A DNA stretch of 64,000 nucleotides. Source: Desulfobacterales bacterium. Its GTDB lineage: Bacteria; Desulfobacterota; Desulfobacteria; Desulfobacterales; UBA2174. Positions 9,846 through 19,193 of the stretch are shown in pieces. Each line of letters begins with the position of its first letter. The first letter of the stretch is position 1. Where the stretch lies: assembly GCA_963668645.2 (NCBI GenBank), contig CAXXWC010000013.1, positions 224,001 through 288,000 of the forward strand, given 5' to 3'. Both the position numbers and the translations under genes were made by a program. Under the pieces are notes generated by a model that did not search any database, was not told the DNA's origin, and saw nothing but the letters and a program-made list of their open reading frames with translations.

Positions 9846-11399
9846 CTATTTGATGACCAGGTCTCCCAAATAGGGGAAGTTCTGGGTATTGATCACAGGC
9901 GCCACCTCGATCCCCTTTTTGGCCGCGTAGGAATGGTTCTGCCAATGAAACGGCACGAAGGCCGCATCGTCGAAGAGGATCTTCTCGATCTGCTGGAGCA
10001 TCTGGGCGCGTTTGCTCAGGTCGGTCTCGGTCTGGGCGGCCAGGGCAAGCTCGTCGACTTTGGGATTGCAGTAGTTGCCGCTATTGTACTGGCCGTAGCC
10101 GGTCTCCTTGTTGGGGCACATGGCCAGAAATTCGGTGAAGTTGCCCGAATCCTCGGTGTCCGAATGCCACCCGATCAACTGAATGTCGGCCACCTGGGCA
10201 TCGAACTCATCCCAGTATTGGGCCTTGGGCATGGTCTTGAGGTTGACCTTGATATTGATTTTGGCCAGCATCGAGACGACCGCTTCAGCGATCTTTTCGT
10301 CATTGACGTATCGGTTGTTGGGGGCAATCATGGTGCATTCGAACCCGTCGGCATAGCCTGCCTCCTGCATCAAGGCCTTGGCCTTTTTCAAATCGTAGCG
10401 CGGCTTGAGGTCCGGGTTGTACCCGGCATACCCCTTGGGGCTCTGCTGGGCGGCCGCCGTGGCGGTCCCCTTCATGATTTTTTCCACGATCCCTTCGTTG
10501 TTGATCGCGTAGACGATGGCCTGGCGAACCTTGACGCTCTTGAATTCATCGCGCCGCTTCTGGTTTAGCTGGATGGTGATGATGCGGCCGCCAGGATAGG
10601 TGAACAGGTTGACGTTGGGGTCTTTTTCGATCCGCTTGAAGTCCTGGGGCGGTACCGGGGAGATGAAATCCACGTCGCCCGACAAAAGGGCCGCCATGCG
10701 GGTGGCCTCCTCCTTGATGGGGGTCAGCACGATTTCGTCGACGTTACCCGGGGAGTTTTTGTCCCAGTAGTCCGCAAACCGTGTGAAGACCGTTTTTACC
10801 CCGTGTTCGCGGTAGGTGACCTTGTACGGGCCGGTGCCCGATTCGTTCTGCAGCGCAAAAGAAGGGCCGATTTTGACGATGGAATCCTTGTACAGACCGG
10901 CATCGTCCACCCCCCAATAGAATTTGCGATCCATGGGGAAGATGTAGGTCGCCATGTTCAAAAGCAGGGCGTAGGGTTTCTTGGTGACCAGATCGACGGT
11001 GTATTTGTCGATTATTCGGGCCCGGTCAAAAGGTTCGAAGAGCCCCTTGAAATCGATGCTGGTTTTGAGCCGGGCCAAGGTCCAGGCCACGTCCTCGGCG
11101 GTCAGTTCGTTGCCGCTGTGGAATTTGACGCCCTTGCGCAGATAAAAGCGAACGGCCGTATCGCTGACCCGTTCCCATCGTTCGGCCAGACGCGGCTCGA
11201 ATTCGCCGGCCTGGGTCCAGCGGACCAGCGGGTCGAAGACCCAATGTGACAGCTGAAGCATGCCCCCGGAAAGTTGCATGTGTGGATCGAGGGTAACCGG
11301 GTCGGCATCCAGGGCCAGCTTCATGGTTTTTGCGCTGGCAGTCACGCCGAAGGAAAACGCCATGGCAAGGGTCAACACGATAATAAGACATTTTTTCAT
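9846..11399 (-). CDS. dppA: Peptide/nickel ABC transporter substrate-binding protein (family 5)
   Basis: Signal peptide MKKCLII...; LRKGVKFHSG; GTGPYK; VRQAIVYAIN. Confidence 0.9.
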   Translation of the reverse strand: MKKCLIIVLTLAMAFSFGVTASAKTMKLALDADPVTLDPHMQLSGGMLQLSHWVFDPLVRWTQAGEFEPRLAERWERVSDTAVRFYLRKGVKFHSGNELTAEDVAWTLARLKTSIDFKGLFEPFDRARIIDKYTVDLVTKKPYALLLNMATYIFPMDRKFYWGVDDAGLYKDSIVKIGPSFALQNESGTGPYKVTYREHGVKTVFTRFADYWDKNSPGNVDEIVLTPIKEEATRMAALLSGDVDFISPVPPQDFKRIEKDPNVNLFTYPGGRIITIQLNQKRRDEFKSVKVRQAIVYAINNEGIVEKIMKGTATAAAQQSPKGYAGYNPDLKPRYDLKKAKALMQEAGYADGFECTMIAPNNRYVNDEKIAEAVVSMLAKINIKVNLKTMPKAQYWDEFDAQVADIQLIGWHSDTEDSGNFTEFLAMCPNKETGYGQYNSGNYCNPKVDELALAAQTETDLSKRAQMLQQIEKILFDDAAFVPFHWQNHSYAAKKGIEVAPVINTQNFPYLGDLVIK

Positions 11400-11592
11400 T
11401 TTCCCCCCTCTCTGTTTTGGTTCCGGAACGGTACTTATCACCTTATATTGGTGAACGGCCTTTCAGGCCGGTAAGTTCTCAAGGGATTGCGGATCGCTTG
11501 AAAAGAAGATCGATTTCCATCCGCATTTCAAAAAAGAAGTCTTGCCGGACCAAGAATTCGGACGTCCGGCAAATCGATACGCAGGCGTTTCG

Positions 11593-12657
11593 TTATAATC
11601 TGGAAAACCGGACCAAAAAACGGTCGATACGTCGATATAGGGTTGCGAGGCTTTCGATGAGCAGATGTTCGCCCTCGCTGTGCTGGCTCATTTCTCCGTT
11701 CGCCCCCCAGACCACGCCGGTCCAACCGTGGGCCGCCAGGTAGCGGGCGTCGCTGGCCCCGTGTTCGCGCACCAGGCGGGCCTCGGGGACCGTGCGGCGC
11801 AGCAGGTCGAGTTCGGCCGAAGGGCCGGCATCGAAAACCGGTCCCCGGCTGACCACCTCTATCTCGGCGTCGATGGCGCGGGTCCAGCCTTCCAGCAGGT
11901 CATCGATATCGTCCACCTCGGTAAAACGGATGTCCAGGAGCCCTTCGGCCCGGTCCGGCACCTGGTTGGGGCTGCGGCCGGCCTGAACCTGGCTGAAGTT
12001 GACCGTCCGGTGCCAGTGGTCCGTCGCGGTCTGCTGGAAATCGGTACGGATGCGCTGGTAAGCGGTCATCAATTTCTCGATGGCGTTGTCCCCCAGCCAC
12101 GGGCGGGCCCCGTGGGCGCTGCGGCCCTTGCAGACGAGCCGGAGGCGGATCAGGCCCTTTTCCTGGACGACGATCTCGTCGCAGTTGCCCCCGTCCAAGG
12201 CGATGCAGAAGCGGCCACGGACCCGGCTCAGAGCGAAATCGGCACCGTTGCGGCCGCCGACTTCTTCATCGCCGGTAATCAAAATCCCGAAAGGAAGCTG
12301 CCGCTGGCCACCGTTGCGGCCGGCCCAGTCGCGCAGCAAAACCATGGAGAGGGCCGCGGCATACTTGTCGTCGATGCTGCCCCGTCCATAGAGCCGGCCG
12401 TTTTGCACCTTGGGCTGGAAAAGCGCATCCAGTGCGGCAACCACATCGATATGGCTCATCAGCAGAACCGGGGCTTCGGCGGGCCGGGGCGTGACGAGCA
12501 GGGAGGGGACCCCCTCTTTTTCCAGGGTGCAGCATACTATTCCGGCGGATTTGAGCCATTCGCTGATGAAGGTGGCGCAGCGCCGGATCTCTTCGGGCCG
12601 GTCATGGGTGGTGCGAAAAGTGATCAGTTTACGAGTCAGGGCGACAATCTCGTCCAT
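11593..12657 (-). CDS. M20 family metallopeptidase (ArgE/DapE-like)
   Basis: SHIDVV, LYGRGSIDDK, DEEVGG, GASDAR, H...EH. Confidence 0.88.
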   Translation of the reverse strand: MDEIVALTRKLITFRTTHDRPEEIRRCATFISEWLKSAGIVCCTLEKEGVPSLLVTPRPAEAPVLLMSHIDVVAALDALFQPKVQNGRLYGRGSIDDKYAAALSMVLLRDWAGRNGGQRQLPFGILITGDEEVGGRNGADFALSRVRGRFCIALDGGNCDEIVVQEKGLIRLRLVCKGRSAHGARPWLGDNAIEKLMTAYQRIRTDFQQTATDHWHRTVNFSQVQAGRSPNQVPDRAEGLLDIRFTEVDDIDDLLEGWTRAIDAEIEVVSRGPVFDAGPSAELDLLRRTVPEARLVREHGASDARYLAAHGWTGVVWGANGEMSQHSEGEHLLIESLATLYRRIDRFLVRFSRL

Positions 12658-12743
12658 GGCAGGACTCCTGCGACACAGGGTCAACAGACTACAAGATTCG
12701 GCCTGACGGGCGTTTTACGGACGAGCCGACCGGTTAAAGCGTT

Positions 12744-13439
12744 TCAAGCCGGAGCCGTGCGGTGGCCGAAGGCCGCCACGAGGGTCGCTGCCCCCGTTTC
12801 GATGGCGATCTGCTCCGTATTCAGTACGATATCGTAGTGGTGGGGATCGCCGATATCCTGGCCGTAGGCCTGGCGTACAAAATCCCGGCGCCGGGTCTGG
12901 CGATGGCGGACCCGCTTTTCAGCCTCTTCCAGAGTGCAGCCATGCTCGCGGGCCACGTTGCGGATGCGCTTTTCGAAAGGAGCGATGATGCGCACGGCAA
13001 AGCGTTCGGTTTCCGGCAGGATGAAGTTGGCGCCCCGCCCGACGATGACGGCCCGCCCATGGCGTGCGATGGTGCCGATTACCTTGATCAAATGATGCTG
13101 GTAGGATTCAGGATGAAAGTATTTTTTGCGGATCAGAGACGATAGAAAATCCTCCAGGCCGCGCATGCGTTCTTTTTCCAGGGTGTCGATCACTTTCATG
13201 GCCATGCGGCTGCGCTGGGCAATGCCTTTGATGATTTCCCGATGAAACATGTCGTAGCCGAGTGTGTGGGCCACCTGCTCGGCGATGAGCCGGCCGCCGC
13301 TGCCCGGTTCCATGCTTAACGTGATCACCGTACAAGCGGATCGGTCCTCGACCGGGGTCGGTGGTGCGGCCGCCCGCTGGGCCCATTTTTGCAGTTGTTC
13401 CCGGACAAACTGTTCGATCTGGATCTGCTCTTCGGTCAT
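12744..13439 (-). CDS. Cytidylate kinase-like family protein
   Basis: VITLSMEPGSGGR, VIVGRGANFIL, YDIVLNT. Confidence 0.85.
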   Translation of the reverse strand: MTEEQIQIEQFVREQLQKWAQRAAAPPTPVEDRSACTVITLSMEPGSGGRLIAEQVAHTLGYDMFHREIIKGIAQRSRMAMKVIDTLEKERMRGLEDFLSSLIRKKYFHPESYQHHLIKVIGTIARHGRAVIVGRGANFILPETERFAVRIIAPFEKRIRNVAREHGCTLEEAEKRVRHRQTRRRDFVRQAYGQDIGDPHHYDIVLNTEQIAIETGAATLVAAFGHRTAPA

Positions 13440-13653
13440 CGGAATCTACCTTTCTGCCCGTTCATGAGTCGATCGGGACTCGCCCGGGGCGGCGGCGTCC
13501 ATCATCCGTGTTGTTTTCCAGCGTGTGGTTCGGAGGCGGGCGTCCGGCGCCCGAGGATTGCTGATAAGCACCTGCATCGCTCGATAAACGAAAACGCCCG
13601 GTTTTGCAACCGGGCGAACCGAGGTAAGAGACACACCAGCGCTGCTGCCCGCA

Positions 13654-14250
13654 TCAAGTCATCCCCTCCAGGCCTTTGAAAAAAACATCCAAACGGTGCT
13701 GGTTGTCGGTCTCCTTGACTTCCCGCGGCAGCCGGTTCAGGGCCTGATCCACGGCCATGTCCACCATCTGGCCGCGCAGCCGATCCTTGGCATTGCGCAT
13801 GGCGAATGAGATCCGGCGCAGGGCTTCGGCGATAAGCATCTCGCTTTCGCGATTCGCGTCTGCGATGATCGCCTCGCGCTGGGCCTCGCCCATGGCGATG
13901 AGCTTTTCGGTCAATTCGATAAAGCGGGCTTCGTTTTCAACCTGGGTCCGGCGTACCGCTTCCAGGCGTTCCAAGGCAGCGGTTTTCTCGGCCTCCAGAC
14001 GTTGAATTTCGCCTTCATGACGCGCCGCCCGGCTGCGCAACAGATTGGCCACAGGGCGGCGTCCGAAGTAGACCAGTGCACCGGCCAGGATCACGAAGTT
14101 GACCCAACGCATCACCAGGTCGTAGGTTTCGCGCCATGCGGCGGCTTCTGTGTCCGCGGCCCAGGCAGGCGCGACGACGAGCATCAGCAGGGCCAGGCAG
14201 CTTACCGCAGCTACCGTAAATGGCCGGCAGTGCCTCGGTTTGGGATTCAT
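13654..14250 (-). CDS. atpF: ATP synthase Fo subunit b
   Basis: Signal-like N-terminal extension, TM helix WVNFVILAGAL, long charged coiled coil; operon position. Confidence 0.85.
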   Translation of the reverse strand: MNPKPRHCRPFTVAAVSCLALLMLVVAPAWAADTEAAAWRETYDLVMRWVNFVILAGALVYFGRRPVANLLRSRAARHEGEIQRLEAEKTAALERLEAVRRTQVENEARFIELTEKLIAMGEAQREAIIADANRESEMLIAEALRRISFAMRNAKDRLRGQMVDMAVDQALNRLPREVKETDNQHRLDVFFKGLEGMT

Positions 14251-14702
14251 GCGCCGACTCTCCGCTCTAGAATTTTTTCCATCAATGCCAAGGCGAGCTT
14301 TTCAGCCTCGGCGGGCAGGTGGCCATGCGCTTCGGCCAGTTGCCGGGCGACGTCTGCTTCGGCTTCGCGGTGCAGCCTCGCGATTCGCTGCCGGGCCTGA
14401 TCCAAAATCTTTTGGGCTTCGTCGGTCCCCTGGGCCCGGCGCCGGCGGCGCAAGGCATCGGCTTCCATCCGTACGCCCTTTTCCTGGGCTTCGAGTTCGG
14501 CCAGGATTCGTTCCACGGCGCTATGGGTGTCTTGGATCTCGCGGCCGAGATTTTCGATGAAAAAGTCCCGTTCGCGCATGGTATTATGCAACGGCCGAAA
14601 CATCACCCGGTTGATGATCAGCAAAAACATCAGAAAAGAAACCAGCTGAACCAGCAGGGTCTCGTTGATGCTGATCAGCGCGATGGTGCTGACAATTTCC
14701 AT
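14247..14702 (-). CDS. atpF: ATP synthase Fo subunit b'
   Basis: ISINETLLVQLVSFLMFLLIINRVMFRPL followed by coiled coil. Confidence 0.88.
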   Translation of the reverse strand: MEIVSTIALISINETLLVQLVSFLMFLLIINRVMFRPLHNTMRERDFFIENLGREIQDTHSAVERILAELEAQEKGVRMEADALRRRRRAQGTDEAQKILDQARQRIARLHREAEADVARQLAEAHGHLPAEAEKLALALMEKILERRVGA

Positions 14703-14769
14703 GGTCCCAATCCTTCGATCCGAAAAACGCCCACGGGTGCCTCTGCCCGCCCTTTGCCGGTGCGCCCGG

Positions 14770-15018
14770 CTAGACGACGAACAGCAGCAGCAGGGCGATT
14801 ACCAGCGAATAGATCCCGGTCGATTCCGAGACCGCCTGGCCCACGAGCATGGTGCGGGTCAGCAGCCCGGCCTCGTTGGGATTGGCACCGATGGCCTCGC
14901 AGGCCTTGGCGGCGACCATCCCTTCACCGACCCCCGGCCCGATAGCGCCCAGCCCCATGGAAATTCCCGCGCCCAAATATGCGGCGGCCTTCACTAGATC
15001 TGCTCCTTCGATGGCCAT
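14770..15018 (-). CDS. atpE: ATP synthase Fo subunit c, single hairpin, Na+-binding signature
   Basis: GxGxG inner helix; P28, E32, E65-S66-T67, Y70 (ESTGIY). Confidence 0.95.
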   Translation of the reverse strand: MAIEGADLVKAAAYLGAGISMGLGAIGPGVGEGMVAAKACEAIGANPNEAGLLTRTMLVGQAVSESTGIYSLVIALLLLFVV

Positions 15019-15051
15019 CTGTTCCTCCTTGGCGAATGAAAGGATTTGGTT

Positions 15052-16026
15052 TTAAACCACGAAAATCAAAACGAGACTGACCACCATGGCGTAAATGGCG
15101 GTCGACTGGCTGACGGCCTGGCCCACCAGCATGACCCGCATCAGGTCGGCGGCCATGGCCATGTTGCGCGCCACCCAGCGCACGGCGCCCGAGGCGGCCT
15201 GACCATTGCCGATCCCCGGTCCGATGCCTCCCAGCCCGGTGCACAAGCCGGCAGCCAGCAGAGCGGATGCGGCGGTGAGGGCTTCGGACGGGGCCAGGGT
15301 TCGAAACATCAGGATGAAACTGACCAGGAGCCCGAAGATTGACGGGGTCTGGCTGACGGCCTGGCCCACGAGCATGGTCGTGGTCAAGGGGGCCACGGTC
15401 ATCGGTTGGCGTGCCAGACCTTCGCAACTGGCCCCGGCGGCCAGCCCGCCGCCATAGCCCGACCCGATGGCGGCCAGACCGGTGCTCAGCCCGGCTCCGA
15501 TCAGGGCCGCCCAGCCCGGTTGAAAGGGCATGGTGCTGAAATCGAGAAAGATCAACATCAGGGCCACCACCATGGCGAAAATCGCCGGGGTCTGGCTGAC
15601 GGCCGAACCGATGAGCATGTTGGTGGTCAGCCGGCTGGTCACCGCCGGCTGGCGGGCGATGCCGAAACAGGCCTGGCCCCCTGGAAACCCGGATCCGATC
15701 CCCGATCCCAGTGCCCCCAGTCCCATGCAGATGCCGGCTCCCAGAAGGGCGGCGGCCTTGATGAGGACCGCCCCTTTGAGATCGAGGAAAAGAAGCAGGA
15801 TGGCGATCACCAGGGCGAAGATCGAAGCTGACTCGGCCACGGCTTGGCCCACGAGCATGTTTTTGAAGATGTCGGACGAGATTTCGCTGTTGCGCGATGT
15901 CGCCAGGTTGGCCCAGGCCGCGGTATAGCCTTCACCGATGGCCGCTCCGACCGCCCCGAATCCCATGCACAAGCCGCCACTGGCAAAAGCGGCCACCGCC
16001 ACGATGTCCTGAGTGGAAAATTCCAT
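15052..16026 (-). CDS. atpE: Four-hairpin (quadruplicated) ATP synthase c-like subunit, 324 aa
   Basis: Four ~80-aa c repeats ending ML(V/I)GxAVx(E/Q): AESASIF, SQTPAIF, SQTPSIF, SQSTAIY. Confidence 0.92.
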   Translation of the reverse strand: MEFSTQDIVAVAAFASGGLCMGFGAVGAAIGEGYTAAWANLATSRNSEISSDIFKNMLVGQAVAESASIFALVIAILLLFLDLKGAVLIKAAALLGAGICMGLGALGSGIGSGFPGGQACFGIARQPAVTSRLTTNMLIGSAVSQTPAIFAMVVALMLIFLDFSTMPFQPGWAALIGAGLSTGLAAIGSGYGGGLAAGASCEGLARQPMTVAPLTTTMLVGQAVSQTPSIFGLLVSFILMFRTLAPSEALTAASALLAAGLCTGLGGIGPGIGNGQAASGAVRWVARNMAMAADLMRVMLVGQAVSQSTAIYAMVVSLVLIFVV

Positions 16027-16029
16027 GGC

Positions 16030-16704
16030 TTATTTGACCTGGACCGCGATGTAGACCACGGTGAGCATGGTGAACACAAAGGCCTGGATCGTGCCGACAA
16101 AAAGACCGAAAAAGGCGTTGAGAAAAGGCGGCAGCAAAATATTCCAGGTCAGGTAGGAAACCACCAGGATAATGATCGAGCCGCCCATGATGTTGCCGAA
16201 AAGGCGGAATGAGATCGAGACGATCTTGGCGATCTCACCGATGACGTTGAGCGGCATCATGAAAAAGATCGGCTGGAAATATTCCCGGATGTACGCCGTG
16301 AACCCCTTGGACCGGATACCGGCCCAATGGGCGATTACAAATCCCATCAGACCCAAGGCCAGCGGGGTGTTCAGATCCTTGGTCGGCTCTTCCAGGTGGG
16401 GAATGATCCCCAGCCAGTTGGAAAAGAGCAAAAACAGAAACAGGGCCGCCACCAGAGGAGCGTAGCGCCGCGCCAGGTCTTTTCCCAAGGCATCTTCGGT
16501 CAACTGGTAAAGCTGGCCGACGATCAGCTCGCCGAGAACCTGCATCGGCCGGGGAAGGAGGGACCGGTGACGGCTGGTGGCCACACCGAAGGCGACCAGC
16601 ACCAGAATTACAATCCAGGTCATGGCCACCACTTCCAGATTGATGGCCGCCCGGTAGTCACCCAGCGGAAGGATCAGTTGGTGAATTCGGCCCAAGTCCT
16701 GCAT
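16030..16704 (-). CDS. atpB: ATP synthase Fo subunit a
   Basis: PTKDLNT, SISFRLFGNI (essential Arg), IQAFVFTML. Confidence 0.96.
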   Translation of the reverse strand: MQDLGRIHQLILPLGDYRAAINLEVVAMTWIVILVLVAFGVATSRHRSLLPRPMQVLGELIVGQLYQLTEDALGKDLARRYAPLVAALFLFLLFSNWLGIIPHLEEPTKDLNTPLALGLMGFVIAHWAGIRSKGFTAYIREYFQPIFFMMPLNVIGEIAKIVSISFRLFGNIMGGSIIILVVSYLTWNILLPPFLNAFFGLFVGTIQAFVFTMLTVVYIAVQVK

Positions 16705-16706
16705 CG

Positions 16707-17087
16707 TCAGTTTTCCTCGATCCGGTTGGGGCGTGTGCGCCAGTGTCGTGTACCGTGATCTGCAAGGATTACCGCTTGCACCATCAAGAGCCCGGGCACC
16801 ACTCCCAGAATGTCGAATTCGGGGCGCTGGACGGCCGTTACCAGAGGAACGGCCATCAGGGTGAAGCGTGCCAGGACGGCGATCAGGCGCCTGTGGGCGG
16901 CGCCCATCTGCCAGGGAAGCATCTCGCCGATGAGAACGAAATTAACCGCACTAAAGAGCGTACCGAGAATGAACCCTTTTCCCAGGGGCGGGAAGCCGGC
17001 CACGATCAGGACGGCGCCCACGGCCAGGGCCACGTAAAGGGCTCGCGAGGCGTAACGCTTCTGGATGTCGCGCAAGGTCTCTGCCAT
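16707..17087 (-). CDS. atpI: ATP synthase protein I
   Basis: Four-TM hydrophobic 126-aa protein immediately upstream of atpB. Confidence 0.8.
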   Translation of the reverse strand: MAETLRDIQKRYASRALYVALAVGAVLIVAGFPPLGKGFILGTLFSAVNFVLIGEMLPWQMGAAHRRLIAVLARFTLMAVPLVTAVQRPEFDILGVVPGLLMVQAVILADHGTRHWRTRPNRIEEN

Positions 17088-17123
17088 CCTGCCTCTGGCG
17101 TACGCGTTGACGAGTTTTGGGGT

Positions 17124-17408
17124 TCAGGTTTGCGGCGGTCCGTCCCGGTGATCTGGATCTTTGGGGGTCAACAGATCCATGATTTGGCGATAGACCACAT
17201 TGGCTCCGCCGACAACACCCAGGATGGTCATCCCGGTCACTGCGATGCCGCCCAAGCCGAGCCGGTCATCGATCCACCGGCCGACGAAGAAGCAAAACCC
17301 GATGCATCCGGCCATGGTCAAGCCGATCTGCATCACGATGGTCAGATTTTCGGCCCAGGGCCGATTCTTGCGGTAGTCGAAAAACGGATCTTTGCCGGGT
17401 CCCGCCAT
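17124..17408 (-). CDS. atpZ: AtpZ/AtpI family protein
   Basis: IG...GRWIDDRLG...LGVVGG...VYR two-TM pattern. Confidence 0.82.
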   Translation of the reverse strand: MAGPGKDPFFDYRKNRPWAENLTIVMQIGLTMAGCIGFCFFVGRWIDDRLGLGGIAVTGMTILGVVGGANVVYRQIMDLLTPKDPDHRDGPPQT

Positions 17409-17522
17409 GGATCAGGATCCATTCTCCCAGGCGGGGGCTGACCGCCTTGAATCTTTCTTTCCGGCCGGTGCAACCGGGGGGAGGTTGTCCGGGTGGTTCA
17501 TGTTGCGGTCACGGAAAGTGGA

Positions 17523-17551
17523 CTCTTAACCAAAAAAGGACTGGCTGTCAA
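17523..17551 (-). promoter_or_regulatory. Possible sigma70 promoter for the Fo operon
   Basis: TTGACA-17 nt-TAAGAG on the minus strand, about 115 nt before atpZ. Confidence 0.45.
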
Positions 17552-17571
17552 GTGACTGAATACGGTTCAAG

Positions 17572-18204
17572 CTATTGGTGCGATTCCTTGGCCTGGATTT
17601 CGGCAAGCTGGCAGACCAGATCGCAGGCGGTTTTCATCTCCAAACGACCCATGTTCAACACCAGGTGGTAGAGCATCGGGTCGTCGAAATCGCTTTTGCC
17701 CAGACGGCTGTACAGGGCCGCCCGGCGCCGGTCTTCGGTGGCGACGGCCTGTGCGGCCTTGCGTTCGGCCATCTGGTAGTTGTCCATCATGTACCGGACC
17801 CGTTGCTCCGGGCCATTGGTAAGCAGCACGTGGCAGGTCTCCGGGTGGTCGTCGAGGATGTACTGGCTCCCCCTGCCGAGGATCACCACGTCGCCCTCGT
17901 CCGCGATCTGGGCGATGATCAGTACCAGGTAGTCGAGATAGGACTGCTCATCGAGATAGCCGCGTTCGTCTTTAAGGACCTGGTCGATCCATTTTTTGGC
18001 GATCATGCTGGTGATCAGTCTCGACAGCCTGCTGCCGGCCTCTTTCTCGAAGGATTCGACCCAATGGGGGGAGACCCGCGCCGTCTCCGCCAGGCGCAGG
18101 ATGATTTCTCGATCGGCAAAGGTGTAGCCCAGGCGTTCGGCGACCATCCTGGCCAAAGTCCGTCCACCGGCACCATACTTACGCGAAATGGTGATGACCG
18201 CCAT
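17572..18204 (-). CDS. Cytidylate kinase-like family protein
   Basis: MAVITISRKYGAGGR, VILGRGSQYIL, YHLVLN. Confidence 0.87.
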   Translation of the reverse strand: MAVITISRKYGAGGRTLARMVAERLGYTFADREIILRLAETARVSPHWVESFEKEAGSRLSRLITSMIAKKWIDQVLKDERGYLDEQSYLDYLVLIIAQIADEGDVVILGRGSQYILDDHPETCHVLLTNGPEQRVRYMMDNYQMAERKAAQAVATEDRRRAALYSRLGKSDFDDPMLYHLVLNMGRLEMKTACDLVCQLAEIQAKESHQ

Positions 18205-18305
18205 AGGTGTCTCCTTTTTGCGAGTTCGCATGGCCCTCATGCGGTTTACCGTTTCATGTCAAAAAACCGAGCGGCCCGGAGTCGCGGCCGTCTCTGCCGC
18301 GCCGG

Positions 18306-19193
18306 TCATTCCAAGCGGTCGCCGGCCGGCGGCGGGAAGAAAAGCGTCGTCATGCCGGAGCGATCGGCCAGGGACTGGGATTTTCCGCCCAGCCAGCGGG
18401 GGGTCCAGCCCGGCCGTATCGAAATGCCCGAGACGATCATTGTGGCCTGATATTGCCGGGCCGCCTGTTCCACCCGTTCCACCGGATCGCCCACCATGAC
18501 GTGGGCCTTGGCAGGGATTCCGGCCGCGGCGAATTGGTCGCAGAGCACATCGAGCCGTTCACGATGCACTTTGCGGCTCTGTTGCACCGCCATGACCGAG
18601 CTGCCGTCCAGGCTCGTATCGCTGATCACATGCACCACATGGACTTCCTCGATCACCGATGCCAGCCGGTGCAGGTACAAAACGGCCCGTTGGCTTGCGG
18701 CGCCCCAGTCGATGGCCAGCAGAGGCCGCTGGAAAGGGGCCATGGCCTGATGACGTTCACCGGCATACTTGTAGACCATCACTGGAATCCGGGTTCGCCG
18801 GGTGATTTCGATCAGTTCGGAGACAGCGTAAAACTGCTTCAGGCCGCCTTGTTTGCGGTCTCCCAGAACGATCAGGTCCGCCGCCTCCTTCTTGGCCGCC
18901 TCGACCACCTGGGAGGCCAGGCTGCCGACCACGATATAGACCCCCACTTCCATCCCCTGCTCGAAAAGGGTTTCGGCCCAGTCGATGAAATGGATGTTGG
19001 CCTTTTCCCGCAGCCGCAATTCTTCCCTTTTCAGGTATCCGGCACCGCGGTGCAGGGCGACCTTTTCACGTTCGATCACGTTGAGAAATACCACGTGCTC
19101 CAGTGCCGCCTGGCGAAGATTGAGAAGCGACTGCAACGCATCGAACCAGAGTTCTTCGAAATGGGTGACAAACAAAATTTTGCGAATATCCAT
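18306..19193 (-). CDS. Universal stress protein (tandem USP domains)
   Basis: RKILFVTHF, ADLIVLG, IPVMVY, PLLAIDWG. Confidence 0.87.
   Translation of the reverse strand: MDIRKILFVTHFEELWFDALQSLLNLRQAALEHVVFLNVIEREKVALHRGAGYLKREELRLREKANIHFIDWAETLFEQGMEVGVYIVVGSLASQVVEAAKKEAADLIVLGDRKQGGLKQFYAVSELIEITRRTRIPVMVYKYAGERHQAMAPFQRPLLAIDWGAASQRAVLYLHRLASVIEEVHVVHVISDTSLDGSSVMAVQQSRKVHRERLDVLCDQFAAAGIPAKAHVMVGDPVERVEQAARQYQATMIVSGISIRPGWTPRWLGGKSQSLADRSGMTTLFFPPPAGDRLE

Noticed and set aside
15052..16026. Assembly artefact producing repeated c units
   Set aside because: The four repeats are strongly diverged from each other and from the small c, and the frame is uninterrupted
13654..17408. N-ATPase operon
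   Set aside because: The c subunit has the ESTxxY motif, but there are no atpD/C/A/G or atpR genes, and b is not the long delta-fused type
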